64,000 bases of DNA, taken from NCBI GenBank assembly GCA_022826745.1, contig JAJDUI010000014.1, positions 8,520 to 72,519 on the forward strand, in the 5' to 3' direction. This DNA is from Thermoanaerobaculia bacterium. Lineage in GTDB: Bacteria; Acidobacteriota; Thermoanaerobaculia; Multivoradales; Multivoraceae. Position numbers and translations under genes: made by a program. The notes beneath the pieces were generated by a model. That model worked only from the letters and a program-made list of their open reading frames with translations. It was not told the DNA's origin and made no database searches. Of this stretch, positions 47,185 through 56,027 are shown in pieces; the stretch's first letter is position 1, and each line of letters opens with the position of its first letter.

Positions 47185-48618
47185 ATGCGATGTTGCCGCC
47201 TGCAAGCGCTGGCCCTCCTTCCACTTGCAGCGCTGGTGCTGGCCTGCGGCGCCGGCCCCGAACCGTCGTCCGAACCCGCGGCCGAACCGCCGCGACGCGT
47301 CTTCCTGATCACGGTCGACACGCTGCGCGCCGACCACCTGGGCTGGCACGGCTATCCGCGCGACACGAGTCCGCGGCTCGACGAGTGGGTCGAACGCGGA
47401 ATCGTCTTCGAGCGGGCGATCGTCCAGTGGCCGAAGACCGGCCCGTCGTTCGCCTCGATGTTCACGAGCCTCTATCCGCACACGACGGGACTGATCAACC
47501 GGGCCGCGCAGACGATCCCCGACGACTACCTCGCGCTGCCGGCCTGGTTCCAGGAACGCGGCTTCACGACGGCGGCCGTGATCTCCAACCCGGTGCTGAG
47601 CCGGGAACTCGGCTGGGGCCGCGGCTTCGACCACTACGAGCAGACCTGGGTCGACCAGGCGACTCTCGACGCCGTCGACGAACTCCCGATCGAGCAGCGG
47701 CCGATGGCGTTCCGGCGCCATGTGTGGGCCGATCGCGTGAACGAACTGGCAGAACCCCTGCTCGCCTCGCTGGCCTCGGAGGAACGGTTGTTCGTCTGGC
47801 TGCACTACACCGACCCGCACGCCCCCTACCTGCTCCAGCCCGGAACCGGGAACCCGTTTCTCGACGACGAGTACTACACGGGCGACGAGGTCGTCGACCT
47901 GACCGGCGCCGAGGGGCGGGCTCTCGGAGACCAGCGCGAGCTTCGCTACTACGTCGCACAGTACGACGCGAACGTCTGGGTGACCGACCGGGCGATCGGC
48001 GCGATCCTGGACGAGATCAAGGTACTCGGCATGGAGGACGGGAGCCTCTTCGTCATGACGTCCGACCACGGCGAGGAACTGGCCGAGCACGGCGTCCCCT
48101 TCGAGCACGGTCCGGTGCCGTACAACAGCAGCGTCCACGTGCCGCTGGCCGTCGTCGGCGAGCCGTGGGTCGGCGCCGGCAAGCGCGTCGAGCAGCCGGT
48201 CGAGCTGATCGGCCTCTTCCCCACCCTGGTCGAACTGCTGGGCGAAGCGATGCCCGAGGGCTTCGAGGGCCGGAGCTGGCTGCCTCTCCTGGCCGGCCGG
48301 ACGGGGACCGAAGAGGACGCCGATCCGGTCGCTTTCGCCGACGCCGGGGCCTACCAGCGCCACCTGCGGAGCATCCAGGACCAGGAGTGGCAACTCGTCC
48401 TCCGTCCTCCGACCAGGGAGCGCGAGAAGCCGCTGGTCGAGATCTACCACCTGCCGTCCGATCCGCTGCAACTCAACGACGTGGCCTCCGAGTTTCCCGA
48501 GGTCCGGGACCGGCTGGGCCGCCAGCTCAGCAGGTGGATTCGCGATTCGCCGGAGAACGTCTCGCCTCACACCGAGGCGGCGCGCAAGGCGCTCGAGGCG
48601 ATGGGCTACCTGGAGTGA
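47185..48618 (+). CDS. Sulfatase-like hydrolase/transferase lipoprotein
   Basis: LVLAC lipobox, ITVDTLRAD, TGPSFAS at the nucleophile site, WLHYTDPHAPY, TSDHGE, L.AMGYL. Confidence 0.88.
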   Translation: MRCCRLQALALLPLAALVLACGAGPEPSSEPAAEPPRRVFLITVDTLRADHLGWHGYPRDTSPRLDEWVERGIVFERAIVQWPKTGPSFASMFTSLYPHTTGLINRAAQTIPDDYLALPAWFQERGFTTAAVISNPVLSRELGWGRGFDHYEQTWVDQATLDAVDELPIEQRPMAFRRHVWADRVNELAEPLLASLASEERLFVWLHYTDPHAPYLLQPGTGNPFLDDEYYTGDEVVDLTGAEGRALGDQRELRYYVAQYDANVWVTDRAIGAILDEIKVLGMEDGSLFVMTSDHGEELAEHGVPFEHGPVPYNSSVHVPLAVVGEPWVGAGKRVEQPVELIGLFPTLVELLGEAMPEGFEGRSWLPLLAGRTGTEEDADPVAFADAGAYQRHLRSIQDQEWQLVLRPPTREREKPLVEIYHLPSDPLQLNDVASEFPEVRDRLGRQLSRWIRDSPENVSPHTEAARKALEAMGYLE

Positions 48619-49520
48619 CGGAGGACGAGGCAGGGCCGCCGCCGTTCGCCATCGAGCGGGTCAGCGTCATCATCCCCTGCCTGAACGCCGCCTCGACCCT
48701 CGGCGCGCAGCTCGAAGCGCTCGGCCGGCAAAGCTGGCGGGGCGACGTCGAGGTGCTGGTGGGCGACAACGGGTCGACCGACGGCTCCGTCGAACTCGCC
48801 GAGTCGCACAGCGACCGGCTCCCCGGACTTCGCATCCTGAGCGCGGCTGAGCGCGGCGGTCCCGCTCACGCGAAGAACGTCGCGGCCGCGGCGGCGACGG
48901 GCGACGTACTCCTGTTCTGCGACGCGGACGACGAAGTCGCCGATGGCTGGATCGACGGTCTGGTCCGTGAACTGAAGAGCTACGAGGCCGCGGCGAGCCG
49001 GCACGAGATCGAACGGCTGAACAGCGAGCAGGCCCGCCGTCTGCACGGCGACGCGGCGCAGCGGCACGGCCTGCCCGCATACACGAACCCGCCCTTCCTC
49101 GACCACGCCGGCGGCTGCGGCCTGGGCGTCCGGCGCCACGTCTTCGAAGAGCTCGGCGGCTTCGACGAGGAGTACGTCGCGCTGGAGGACACCGACTTCT
49201 GCTGGCGCCTGCAACTCGCCGGCCACCGCCTCGTCTTCGCTCCCGGTGCGGTCGTCCACGTGCGGTTCCCCGCGACCCTTCGGGGCGCCTTCCGGCAGGC
49301 GGCGGGCTACGGGCGCTACAACGTGTACATCTACACGCGGTACCGGTCGCGAGGCATGCCGCGGCTACCGGCGCTGCCGGGCCTGCTGCGGCTCGGATCG
49401 CTGGTGTTGCGCAGTCCGCAGCTTCTGTCGAAGTCGACGCGCGGCCGGTGGATCTGGCTCGCCGGCTGGCGCCTGGGTCGGCTACTGGGCTGCCTCCGCT
49501 ACCGTACGACCGCGTTCTAG
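48615..49520 (+). CDS. Glycosyltransferase family 2
   Basis: SVIIPCLN, DNGSTDG, FCDADD, GGFDE..EDTDF. Confidence 0.92.
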   Translation: MTEDEAGPPPFAIERVSVIIPCLNAASTLGAQLEALGRQSWRGDVEVLVGDNGSTDGSVELAESHSDRLPGLRILSAAERGGPAHAKNVAAAAATGDVLLFCDADDEVADGWIDGLVRELKSYEAAASRHEIERLNSEQARRLHGDAAQRHGLPAYTNPPFLDHAGGCGLGVRRHVFEELGGFDEEYVALEDTDFCWRLQLAGHRLVFAPGAVVHVRFPATLRGAFRQAAGYGRYNVYIYTRYRSRGMPRLPALPGLLRLGSLVLRSPQLLSKSTRGRWIWLAGWRLGRLLGCLRYRTTAF

Positions 49521-49523
49521 CCC

Positions 49524-50990
49524 GTGGAATCGAAACCGCATCAAGACCCGGCCGAGACGGGCGCCAAGCAGCGGCTGCTGCATTCCTCGATCAGCGCCTA
49601 CGGCTCGATGTTCGTGCGGCTGCTGCTCGCCTTCGCTGCCCGTGCTCTCCTGGCCCGGCTCATCCTGCCGGACGTCCACGGACTCTTCGCGCTCGCCCTG
49701 CAGTTCGTCGTCATGGCCTCGGCGATCCGCGACGTGGGCCTGACGCACCACCTGATGCGCGACCCGCGCGAGTCCTACGGCACCGTCCTGGCCTGGAGCG
49801 TCGGCGTCGGCAGCGCCATGGCGGTCCTCCTGCTCGCTCTCGCGAACGTCTTCTCCTACCTGAATCCGGACCTGCCCGGCGTACTGCGGGCGATGGCGAT
49901 ATGGATCGTCATCGACGCCGTCATCATGGTCTACCGCACCTTCTTCGAGCGGCGGCTTCGGATCCGTGAGATCGCCGGCTTCGAGATTCTGCGCAGCCTG
50001 GTGTACGGCCTGATCGCGGTCGGCCTCGCCCATCTCGGCGCCGGCGTCTGGGCCTTCGTCGGCGGAGAGCTGCTGGCCTCCGCTCTCTTCGCGCTCCTGT
50101 TGCTGTGGCGGGCGCGCGGCCAGGTGCCGCTGGCAGTCGACTGGCAGAGACTCCCCAACCTGATCAGAGCGAGCCGCTACCTGTTCGTCGTGTGGGCCGC
50201 GAGCCAGGTCTTCCACCGCGTCGACATCTACTTCATCGAGATCTTCTCGACCACGACCTCCGTCGGTTACTACGAGGCGGCCTACTACTTCGCCTTCCTG
50301 GTCGCGCTGACCGTGACCCCGAGGCCGCTGCTGCCGGCGCTGGTCGAGTTTCGCGAGAACGCCGCGGAGTTCGCGGAAACGCTGCGTCTGGGCACCCTCG
50401 CCTTCCTCGCCGGAATCGTCGTCTCGGCCTACTTCCTGTTCTTCAATGCCGAGAAGGCGGTCGAACTGGTGCTCGGTCCCGAGTGGGCCGGCACGGTTCC
50501 GTTGCTTCGCGTCCTCTGCCTCGTGCCCCTGATCGACGTCTTCACCACCACCGGCGGCGAAGCGCTCAAGGTACGGAACCGTGACCGCCTCTGGCTGACC
50601 ACCGTCGTGCTGAACATGCTCGCGATCGTCGGTTTCGGCTTCTTCTTCACCTACCTTTGGGGCCCCATCGGCATGGCCTGGGCGAACTTCCTGCGCGTCG
50701 GCAGCCTGTTGATGTTCTTCAAGGTGCTCGGCATCTTCGCGGGCCGGCGGCGGCGGCTGGTGGGCAGCCTGGCCCAGGTCTACCTGCTGCCGCTCCCCTT
50801 CTTCGTGGCTGCGGCGGCGCTGCTGCCGGCGGGAAGCTGGGGTCGGCTGCTCGCCAGCGTCGCGGCGGCGGCGCTCGGCGGCGGTCTGCTGGCGCTTCGC
50901 TTCCTGCCCGACTACCGGCGGTTCTTCCGGCGTGCGCAGACCGCGCCGGCCGGCATGACCGGCGACCCGGACAGCGGAACGCCTTCGTGA
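49524..50990 (+). CDS. Oligosaccharide flippase (Wzx-like)
   Basis: LARLILP..HGLFA, many TM helices, VGYY, LGPEW...VPLL. Confidence 0.85.
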   Translation: MESKPHQDPAETGAKQRLLHSSISAYGSMFVRLLLAFAARALLARLILPDVHGLFALALQFVVMASAIRDVGLTHHLMRDPRESYGTVLAWSVGVGSAMAVLLLALANVFSYLNPDLPGVLRAMAIWIVIDAVIMVYRTFFERRLRIREIAGFEILRSLVYGLIAVGLAHLGAGVWAFVGGELLASALFALLLLWRARGQVPLAVDWQRLPNLIRASRYLFVVWAASQVFHRVDIYFIEIFSTTTSVGYYEAAYYFAFLVALTVTPRPLLPALVEFRENAAEFAETLRLGTLAFLAGIVVSAYFLFFNAEKAVELVLGPEWAGTVPLLRVLCLVPLIDVFTTTGGEALKVRNRDRLWLTTVVLNMLAIVGFGFFFTYLWGPIGMAWANFLRVGSLLMFFKVLGIFAGRRRRLVGSLAQVYLLPLPFFVAAAALLPAGSWGRLLASVAAAALGGGLLALRFLPDYRRFFRRAQTAPAGMTGDPDSGTPS

Positions 50991-52540
50991 CGGACCGCCG
51001 GACGCTGCGACTCCTCGGTGCGTCCGTGGCGGCGCTGCCGTTGCTGACCCTCCTGTTCCTTCCGATTCGCACGATCGACGACGCGTTCATCACGTTCCGG
51101 TATGCCCGCAACCTGGCTTCGGGCAACGGCCTCGTCTTCAACCTCGGCGAGCGGGTCGAAGGGGTCACGAGCCTGTCGTGGACCCTGCTGCTCGCGGCAG
51201 TCGAGACGCTTCGCCTGCCGGTCGAGCCGGCGGCGTTCGCGCTCGGCGTGGCCTTCGCGCTGCTGGCGCTGCGCGAGTCGTACCTCCTCGGCCGTGGCCT
51301 CGGCGCCTCCGCCGGCGCCTGCCTCGCCGCGGTCGCGCTGGTGGCGGTCCACGGCCGCTTCTGGCTCGTCGCCGGCAACGGACTGGAGGGCGGGCTGTTC
51401 GCGTTTCTGGCCGTCCTCGTCGCGCGCAAGACGATCGAGGAAGCAGACGCCCGGTTGATCGGAGTCCTCCTGGGGCTGCTGTTCATGACCCGGCCCGAGA
51501 GCCTGCTCGTCCTGCTGGTCGTCCTCGGCTACCAGGTGCTCGCGAAGGGCGCCGCCGACGAGAGAGCCGGCGTCGTCCGCCGCGCCAGCCTGATCGCCGT
51601 GGCGGCCGCGGTCGTCCTGGGGGCCGTGACGATCTGGCGGCTCGCCTACTACGGCGCTCCGCTGCCGAACTCGGTGGCCGCCAAGTCCGCGCTCTCGGCG
51701 GGGCTGGACACACTGCTGGCGAACCTCGGCCCGGGTCTCCTGTACACCGTCCGCTTCGAGATCGCGCATGCGCCGCTGATCCTCGGCGCGGCCATCGCCC
51801 TTATCCTCGCTCCGAAAGCGAAGGCCCTCTGGTTCTGCCTGCTCCTCGTAGCGGCGGAGCTGCCGGCCGTTTTCGTCAACGGTGGTGACTGGATGCCTCA
51901 CTACCGCCTGCTGACCGTGTTCGCGCCGGTCCTGGCGGCTCCGCTGGCGGTCTGCCTCTCGCGAGCGTTCGAGGACTGGGACACGCCAGGCTCCGCGAGA
52001 CGGCGCTCAGCCTGGGTGCTCGCCCTGCTGACCGTGAGTGCCGTCGTCATGCTCAGCCGCAGCCCCTGGGAGGCCACGCCCGGCCCCCGCTTCACCTTCC
52101 ACCCGATCACGAGCTGCTACCAGTTCATGGCGACGCGCCTGAAGCCCCACCTGGCGTCCGACGACATCGCCGCCGCCGAGGCAGTCGGGCTGTTCGGCTG
52201 GATCCTCGACGAAACCACGATTCACGACCCCCTCGGCCTGACCTCCGCCCACCACGCCCGCCACGGCGACTACCACCTGAACTGGGGCAAGACGGACTAC
52301 GACCACCTCCACCAGGTCCGCCCCGCCGTCCTCGTGCTCCACGAGGGCTCGGTCGTGACCCCCGGGAAGATCGACCGCGGCACCGGCGGCCGCTTCGCCC
52401 GCGACTACTCCGCCTGGTTCGTCAGCCAGCAGCCGCCCTGCGCGCCGTACCGGCTGATCGTCTACATCGACAACGACCGGCTCGACCGGCTCCGACCCGC
52501 GCTCGACGGCCTGACGATCGAGCCGTTGCCGGCCGGCTAG
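50987..52540 (+). CDS. GT-C-type membrane glycosyltransferase (AftB-like)
   Basis: [35 protein letters not shown]...K, GGDWMP.YR, DPLGLT. Confidence 0.78.
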   Translation: MTDRRTLRLLGASVAALPLLTLLFLPIRTIDDAFITFRYARNLASGNGLVFNLGERVEGVTSLSWTLLLAAVETLRLPVEPAAFALGVAFALLALRESYLLGRGLGASAGACLAAVALVAVHGRFWLVAGNGLEGGLFAFLAVLVARKTIEEADARLIGVLLGLLFMTRPESLLVLLVVLGYQVLAKGAADERAGVVRRASLIAVAAAVVLGAVTIWRLAYYGAPLPNSVAAKSALSAGLDTLLANLGPGLLYTVRFEIAHAPLILGAAIALILAPKAKALWFCLLLVAAELPAVFVNGGDWMPHYRLLTVFAPVLAAPLAVCLSRAFEDWDTPGSARRRSAWVLALLTVSAVVMLSRSPWEATPGPRFTFHPITSCYQFMATRLKPHLASDDIAAAEAVGLFGWILDETTIHDPLGLTSAHHARHGDYHLNWGKTDYDHLHQVRPAVLVLHEGSVVTPGKIDRGTGGRFARDYSAWFVSQQPPCAPYRLIVYIDNDRLDRLRPALDGLTIEPLPAG

Positions 52541-52546
52541 CGCAGC

Positions 52547-53488
52547 TCACGCGGCCGGCAACCGCCGACGGAGCCAGATCGAGCCGAAGTGGGTGTCGTA
52601 GTCCTCGACCTCGACCGGGCGGTAGCCGGGAATCGTCCGTTCCAGGAAGGGCTCGTCGAAGTGGCGGATCATCGGCGCCGACAGCAGCAACTCGAACTCC
52701 CGGTTGAAGCTCAGGAAAGCCTGGAGGACCATGGCCTCCGTGCGGTAGAGCGGCCACTTGGCGCGGAAGATGTACTGCTCGGCCGGATACGGCGTGTTGT
52801 ACGGAAAGTGAATGTCGTGAACGTGAACCACGACGCCCGGCCGCAGCCGCGGCAGCACCTCGAGAAAGAGAAACGCAACGTCGCCGCCGAGCTTCAGCAC
52901 GTGGGTCGAATCGATGAACAGCACGTCGCCGGCTTCCAGAGCCTCGAAGAGCCCCAGGTCCGCCGCCTCCACCTTCGAGACCACCGCATGGACGGCGGGC
53001 TCGCGCAGCTCGTTCAGCCGCCCGGTCGGGAACGGGTCGACGCAGGTCATCTCACACCCGCGACCGTCACGGCCGTTCGCCGCCGCAGCAAGCCACGCGT
53101 AGTAGGTCGAAAGACCGGACCCGATCTCGACGTAACGCGCCGGCCGGAGATCCCGCACCATGAGGTACGTCGTCAGAGCGTCGATCACCGGGAAGCCGGG
53201 GCCGTAACCCAGCTCCCGGATCTCGCCGTGCGGCGGCAGTTTCCCGAACTCACCGCCATGAGTCTCGACCAGAGCTTCCAGAAGCGATTTCATCGCCTCC
53301 AGGTCGTAGTCGACACCCACCAGCTCGCTCGGCCGGTCCCAGGACTCCCGGGAAGCCGCGACCTCCGACAGCACCGGCAACGGCGAATAGAAGTCTGCCG
53401 TACGCGCTACGTTCCACCCCAACTTGCGCAACGCAGCGAACAGGGCCGCGTGTAGCCGCCGATAGATCGTCCTCAACACCTTCACCAT
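52547..53488 (-). CDS. Class I SAM-dependent methyltransferase (Methyltransf_24-like)
   Basis: FYSP.P, EIGSG.ST, DVLFIDSTH, HVHDI.FP. Confidence 0.9.
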   Translation of the reverse strand: MVKVLRTIYRRLHAALFAALRKLGWNVARTADFYSPLPVLSEVAASRESWDRPSELVGVDYDLEAMKSLLEALVETHGGEFGKLPPHGEIRELGYGPGFPVIDALTTYLMVRDLRPARYVEIGSGLSTYYAWLAAAANGRDGRGCEMTCVDPFPTGRLNELREPAVHAVVSKVEAADLGLFEALEAGDVLFIDSTHVLKLGGDVAFLFLEVLPRLRPGVVVHVHDIHFPYNTPYPAEQYIFRAKWPLYRTEAMVLQAFLSFNREFELLLSAPMIRHFDEPFLERTIPGYRPVEVEDYDTHFGSIWLRRRLPAA

Positions 53489-53583
53489 CAGACGCCGACG
53501 ATAGCCCGTCCGGCGACCAAGGAGCGAGGCTTCGCCTCGCGCGTCTATCCCGGGCGACGCCGCTTCGCAGCATCGCCCGTCAG

Positions 53584-53613
53584 GCCGGCGAGGGCGCCGG
53601 CGCACCCAGTGTG
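53584..53613 (+). repeat. REP-like palindrome abutting element copy C
   Basis: GCCGGC-GAGGGC-GCCGGC-GCACCCAGTGTG. Confidence 0.7.
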
Positions 53614-53615
53614 AA

Positions 53616-53815
53616 CCGACGACGTCCAGCCTGCGGCGGGGTCCGGAGGGGAGGGTCCCAGCGGGCTAGAGGCCAGCGACTGCCGAGAGCGCACGGCCAA
53701 CCACAGCCGCCCGGAGCGCAGCCGACCGCAGCGAGCGCCAGGTCCCTCCATCCACCACGAGGGCGCAAGCGTCCGTCTGGGACCCTCCCCTCCGGACCCC
53801 GCCGCAGGCGGGTGC
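53616..53815. repeat. Structured interspersed element, copy C
   Basis: Perfect 32-bp arms 53629-53660 / 53778-53809; core 53715-53738. Confidence 0.85.
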
Positions 53816-53830
53816 CAGCGCCGCTAGCCG

Positions 53831-55699
53831 CTAGCGCCGCTGGAATCGCAAGCCGGCGACGAAGGTGCGGCCCGGCGTGACGTAGCCGGGGACCTCGAAG
53901 TAGTCCTCGTCCAGAGCGTTCTCGATGCGAACAAAGGGCTGCCAGAGGGACCGGGTGTAGCTGAGATTGAGGTCGACCTTGGTGTAGTCGTCCATGACGG
54001 CGCCGTCCGAGTTGACACGGTCCGACACCACCGCGGCCATCACCGCCGCCGAGAACCGTTCCGTCGGCTGCAACCGCGCGACCAGGGTCGTGCGGTTCTT
54101 TGGCCGCCGGGCCAGAGGCTCGCCCGTCGACTGGTCTTCCGTCTCGTTGTATGTGTGGGACAACTCCAGGCTGTAGTCGACACTCGGGCGGTAGCGAAGC
54201 ATGAACTCGGCGCCGCTCGAACTCGCGTTCGCCACGTTGCGGAAGGAGAAGGTCGGGAAGTAGAACTGGATCAGTTGATCGAACTCCATGTCGAACCACG
54301 TGAGATCGGCGCTGACGCCCGATTCGCCAAACCGCTGCTCGACGCCGATGTCGAAGCCCTCCGTGGTCTCCGGCAGCAGATTCGGGTCACCCGAGAACGG
54401 ATAGTAGAGCTCGTTGAAGGTCGGCGCCCGGAACGCGGTGCCGTAGCTGCCGTGGACACGGCCCTGTCCCTCGGCCCACGAACTCGCAATGGTGACCCGG
54501 TGGCTGGTCTCCGATCCGAACGCCGAGTGCTCGTCGCCGCGCACGGCGGCAGTAACGTGCGTGTTGTCCGTGATGGACCACTGGTCCTGCACGAACCAGG
54601 AGTCGAGGTCGGCCTCCTCGTCGAAGTTGCCGCCGCTCAGTCCCTTGCGCGTTTCGGTCGAGTAGCCCAGGTTGAGGACGTTGTCGGCGCCCAGCGTCAC
54701 GTCCGACTGAACGTCGATCTGCTGAATCTCCGAATTGACCTCGTAGTTGTTCCAGAACGTGTCCGGATCGGTGCCAGCCAGGAATCCCTCGGTGCGACCG
54801 ATTCGCACCGTCTGGCGCCAGAAGGAACCAAGAGCCTTCTCAACCGAGAGCGACAGGGTCTCGTCGTCTTTCGCCGCCATCGCATTCAGATCCTCGGGAC
54901 CGAAGCCGTCGAGCGCCGTGTCGCCGCGTGCGGAGCGGGCCCGCAGGTCGACTCGGCCATCCTCGAGGAAGGTAGCGCCCAGCCGAGCGCTGTAGGTCTG
55001 GTTCTCGAAGGGATCGTCCTCCGCGGACCCGCCTTCGATGTAGCGGTGGGAAACCGCGTCGGTGCTCAGGTCGGTCCCGGAGACGCTGTAGTCCCACACG
55101 TCGGTGGCCCCAAGGAGGCCGAAGTCGAACCGCTGGTGCTCGTTGCTGCCCGCCTCGGCCGTCGCGTTCAACCGCCAGCCCGGTTCGCCCCGCCTGGTCG
55201 TGATGCTGATCACGCCGGTCATCGCCTCGGACCCGTACGTCGCCTGCGGCCCGCGAAGGACCTCGATTCGCTCGATGTTGGCGGCCAGCATGTTCGAGAA
55301 GTCGTAGCTGCCGCCGGTGACCGAGTTGACCCGGATGCCGTCGACCAGGACGGCCGCCTGGCCGCCGGTGCCGCCGCGCACCCTCACGGTCGCGACCTTG
55401 CCCGGGCCTCCGGTCTGCGTGACCTCGACGCCCGGCACGGTTCGGAGCAGATCGAGAACCGCCACCTGGTTTCGCTGCTCGATCTCCCCGGCGCCGATCA
55501 CCGTGACCGCGCTGCCGACCTCGGAGCGCGGCGCCTCGTAGCGGTTCGCGCTGACCACGATCTCCTCCGCGACGATCGGCGTTCCATCTTCCGTCTCGGC
55601 TTCTTCTTCGCCAAACGCGACCGTCGGCGCCAGCATGAGCACCGCCAGCACGACGCCCAGGCGCCTGTGCACCAACTCGGTTCCTGTTCGACTGTTCAT
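53831..55699 (-). CDS. btuB: TonB-dependent cobalamin receptor
   Basis: EEIVVSANR, IERIEVLRGP...YGS.A..GVI.I.T, SYGTAFRAP, L.RRP; preceded by a cobalamin riboswitch. Confidence 0.9.
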   Translation of the reverse strand: MNSRTGTELVHRRLGVVLAVLMLAPTVAFGEEEAETEDGTPIVAEEIVVSANRYEAPRSEVGSAVTVIGAGEIEQRNQVAVLDLLRTVPGVEVTQTGGPGKVATVRVRGGTGGQAAVLVDGIRVNSVTGGSYDFSNMLAANIERIEVLRGPQATYGSEAMTGVISITTRRGEPGWRLNATAEAGSNEHQRFDFGLLGATDVWDYSVSGTDLSTDAVSHRYIEGGSAEDDPFENQTYSARLGATFLEDGRVDLRARSARGDTALDGFGPEDLNAMAAKDDETLSLSVEKALGSFWRQTVRIGRTEGFLAGTDPDTFWNNYEVNSEIQQIDVQSDVTLGADNVLNLGYSTETRKGLSGGNFDEEADLDSWFVQDQWSITDNTHVTAAVRGDEHSAFGSETSHRVTIASSWAEGQGRVHGSYGTAFRAPTFNELYYPFSGDPNLLPETTEGFDIGVEQRFGESGVSADLTWFDMEFDQLIQFYFPTFSFRNVANASSSGAEFMLRYRPSVDYSLELSHTYNETEDQSTGEPLARRPKNRTTLVARLQPTERFSAAVMAAVVSDRVNSDGAVMDDYTKVDLNLSYTRSLWQPFVRIENALDEDYFEVPGYVTPGRTFVAGLRFQRR

Positions 55700-55771
55700 T
55701 CGGGCTCTCCTCCCCCTTCGGGATTCCTGCTCCGGGCGGCCTTCCGGGCCGGTGGAGCATCGATTGCCTCG

Positions 55772-55918
55772 GCAGGCAGCCAGGTTTCCTGACTTACCTT
55801 CGTCCTACTGACCGGCCCTTCCCATTCCTGTGTGGAACAGTGGTCATCGCCGGCTTCGTCCGGATCACAGTCGCGGGGCGGCGGGAGATTCTCACTCCCC
55901 TTCCCTTGATCTGCCTGC
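55772..55918 (-). ncRNA. Cobalamin riboswitch
   Basis: Minus strand: AAGGGAA, GGGAGTGAGAATCTCCC, GCCGCCCCGCGACTGTGA, CCACTG..TGGGAAGG, B12 box AAGTCAGGAAACCTG; closing helix GCAGGCAG/CTGCCTGC. Confidence 0.93.
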
Positions 55919-56027
55919 GTTCTGGTGTGTGCTCAGACTCTCGCTCTAGTGATCCTCATCACGTTTGAAGAATCGGGCTGCGAAGCCGCACCCTAGCAGC
56001 CTCGCGCTGCGGCCTACAATCACGCGA

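Noticed and set aside
43354-48570. 1738-aa ORF in the track
   Set aside because: Only 43354-44577 is protein-like; the rest is a stop-free shadow frame over the GcvT-family and sulfatase-like genes, common in high-GC DNA
53715-53738. Resemblance of the element core to the ColE1-type primosome assembly site
   Set aside because: Similarity is short, needs gaps and is recalled from memory; not enough to assign function
53616-53815. Structured elements as plain rho-independent terminators
   Set aside because: No U-tract, ~110-nt structured interior with conserved motifs, arms far longer than terminator stems; a secondary role in mRNA 3' ends is not excluded
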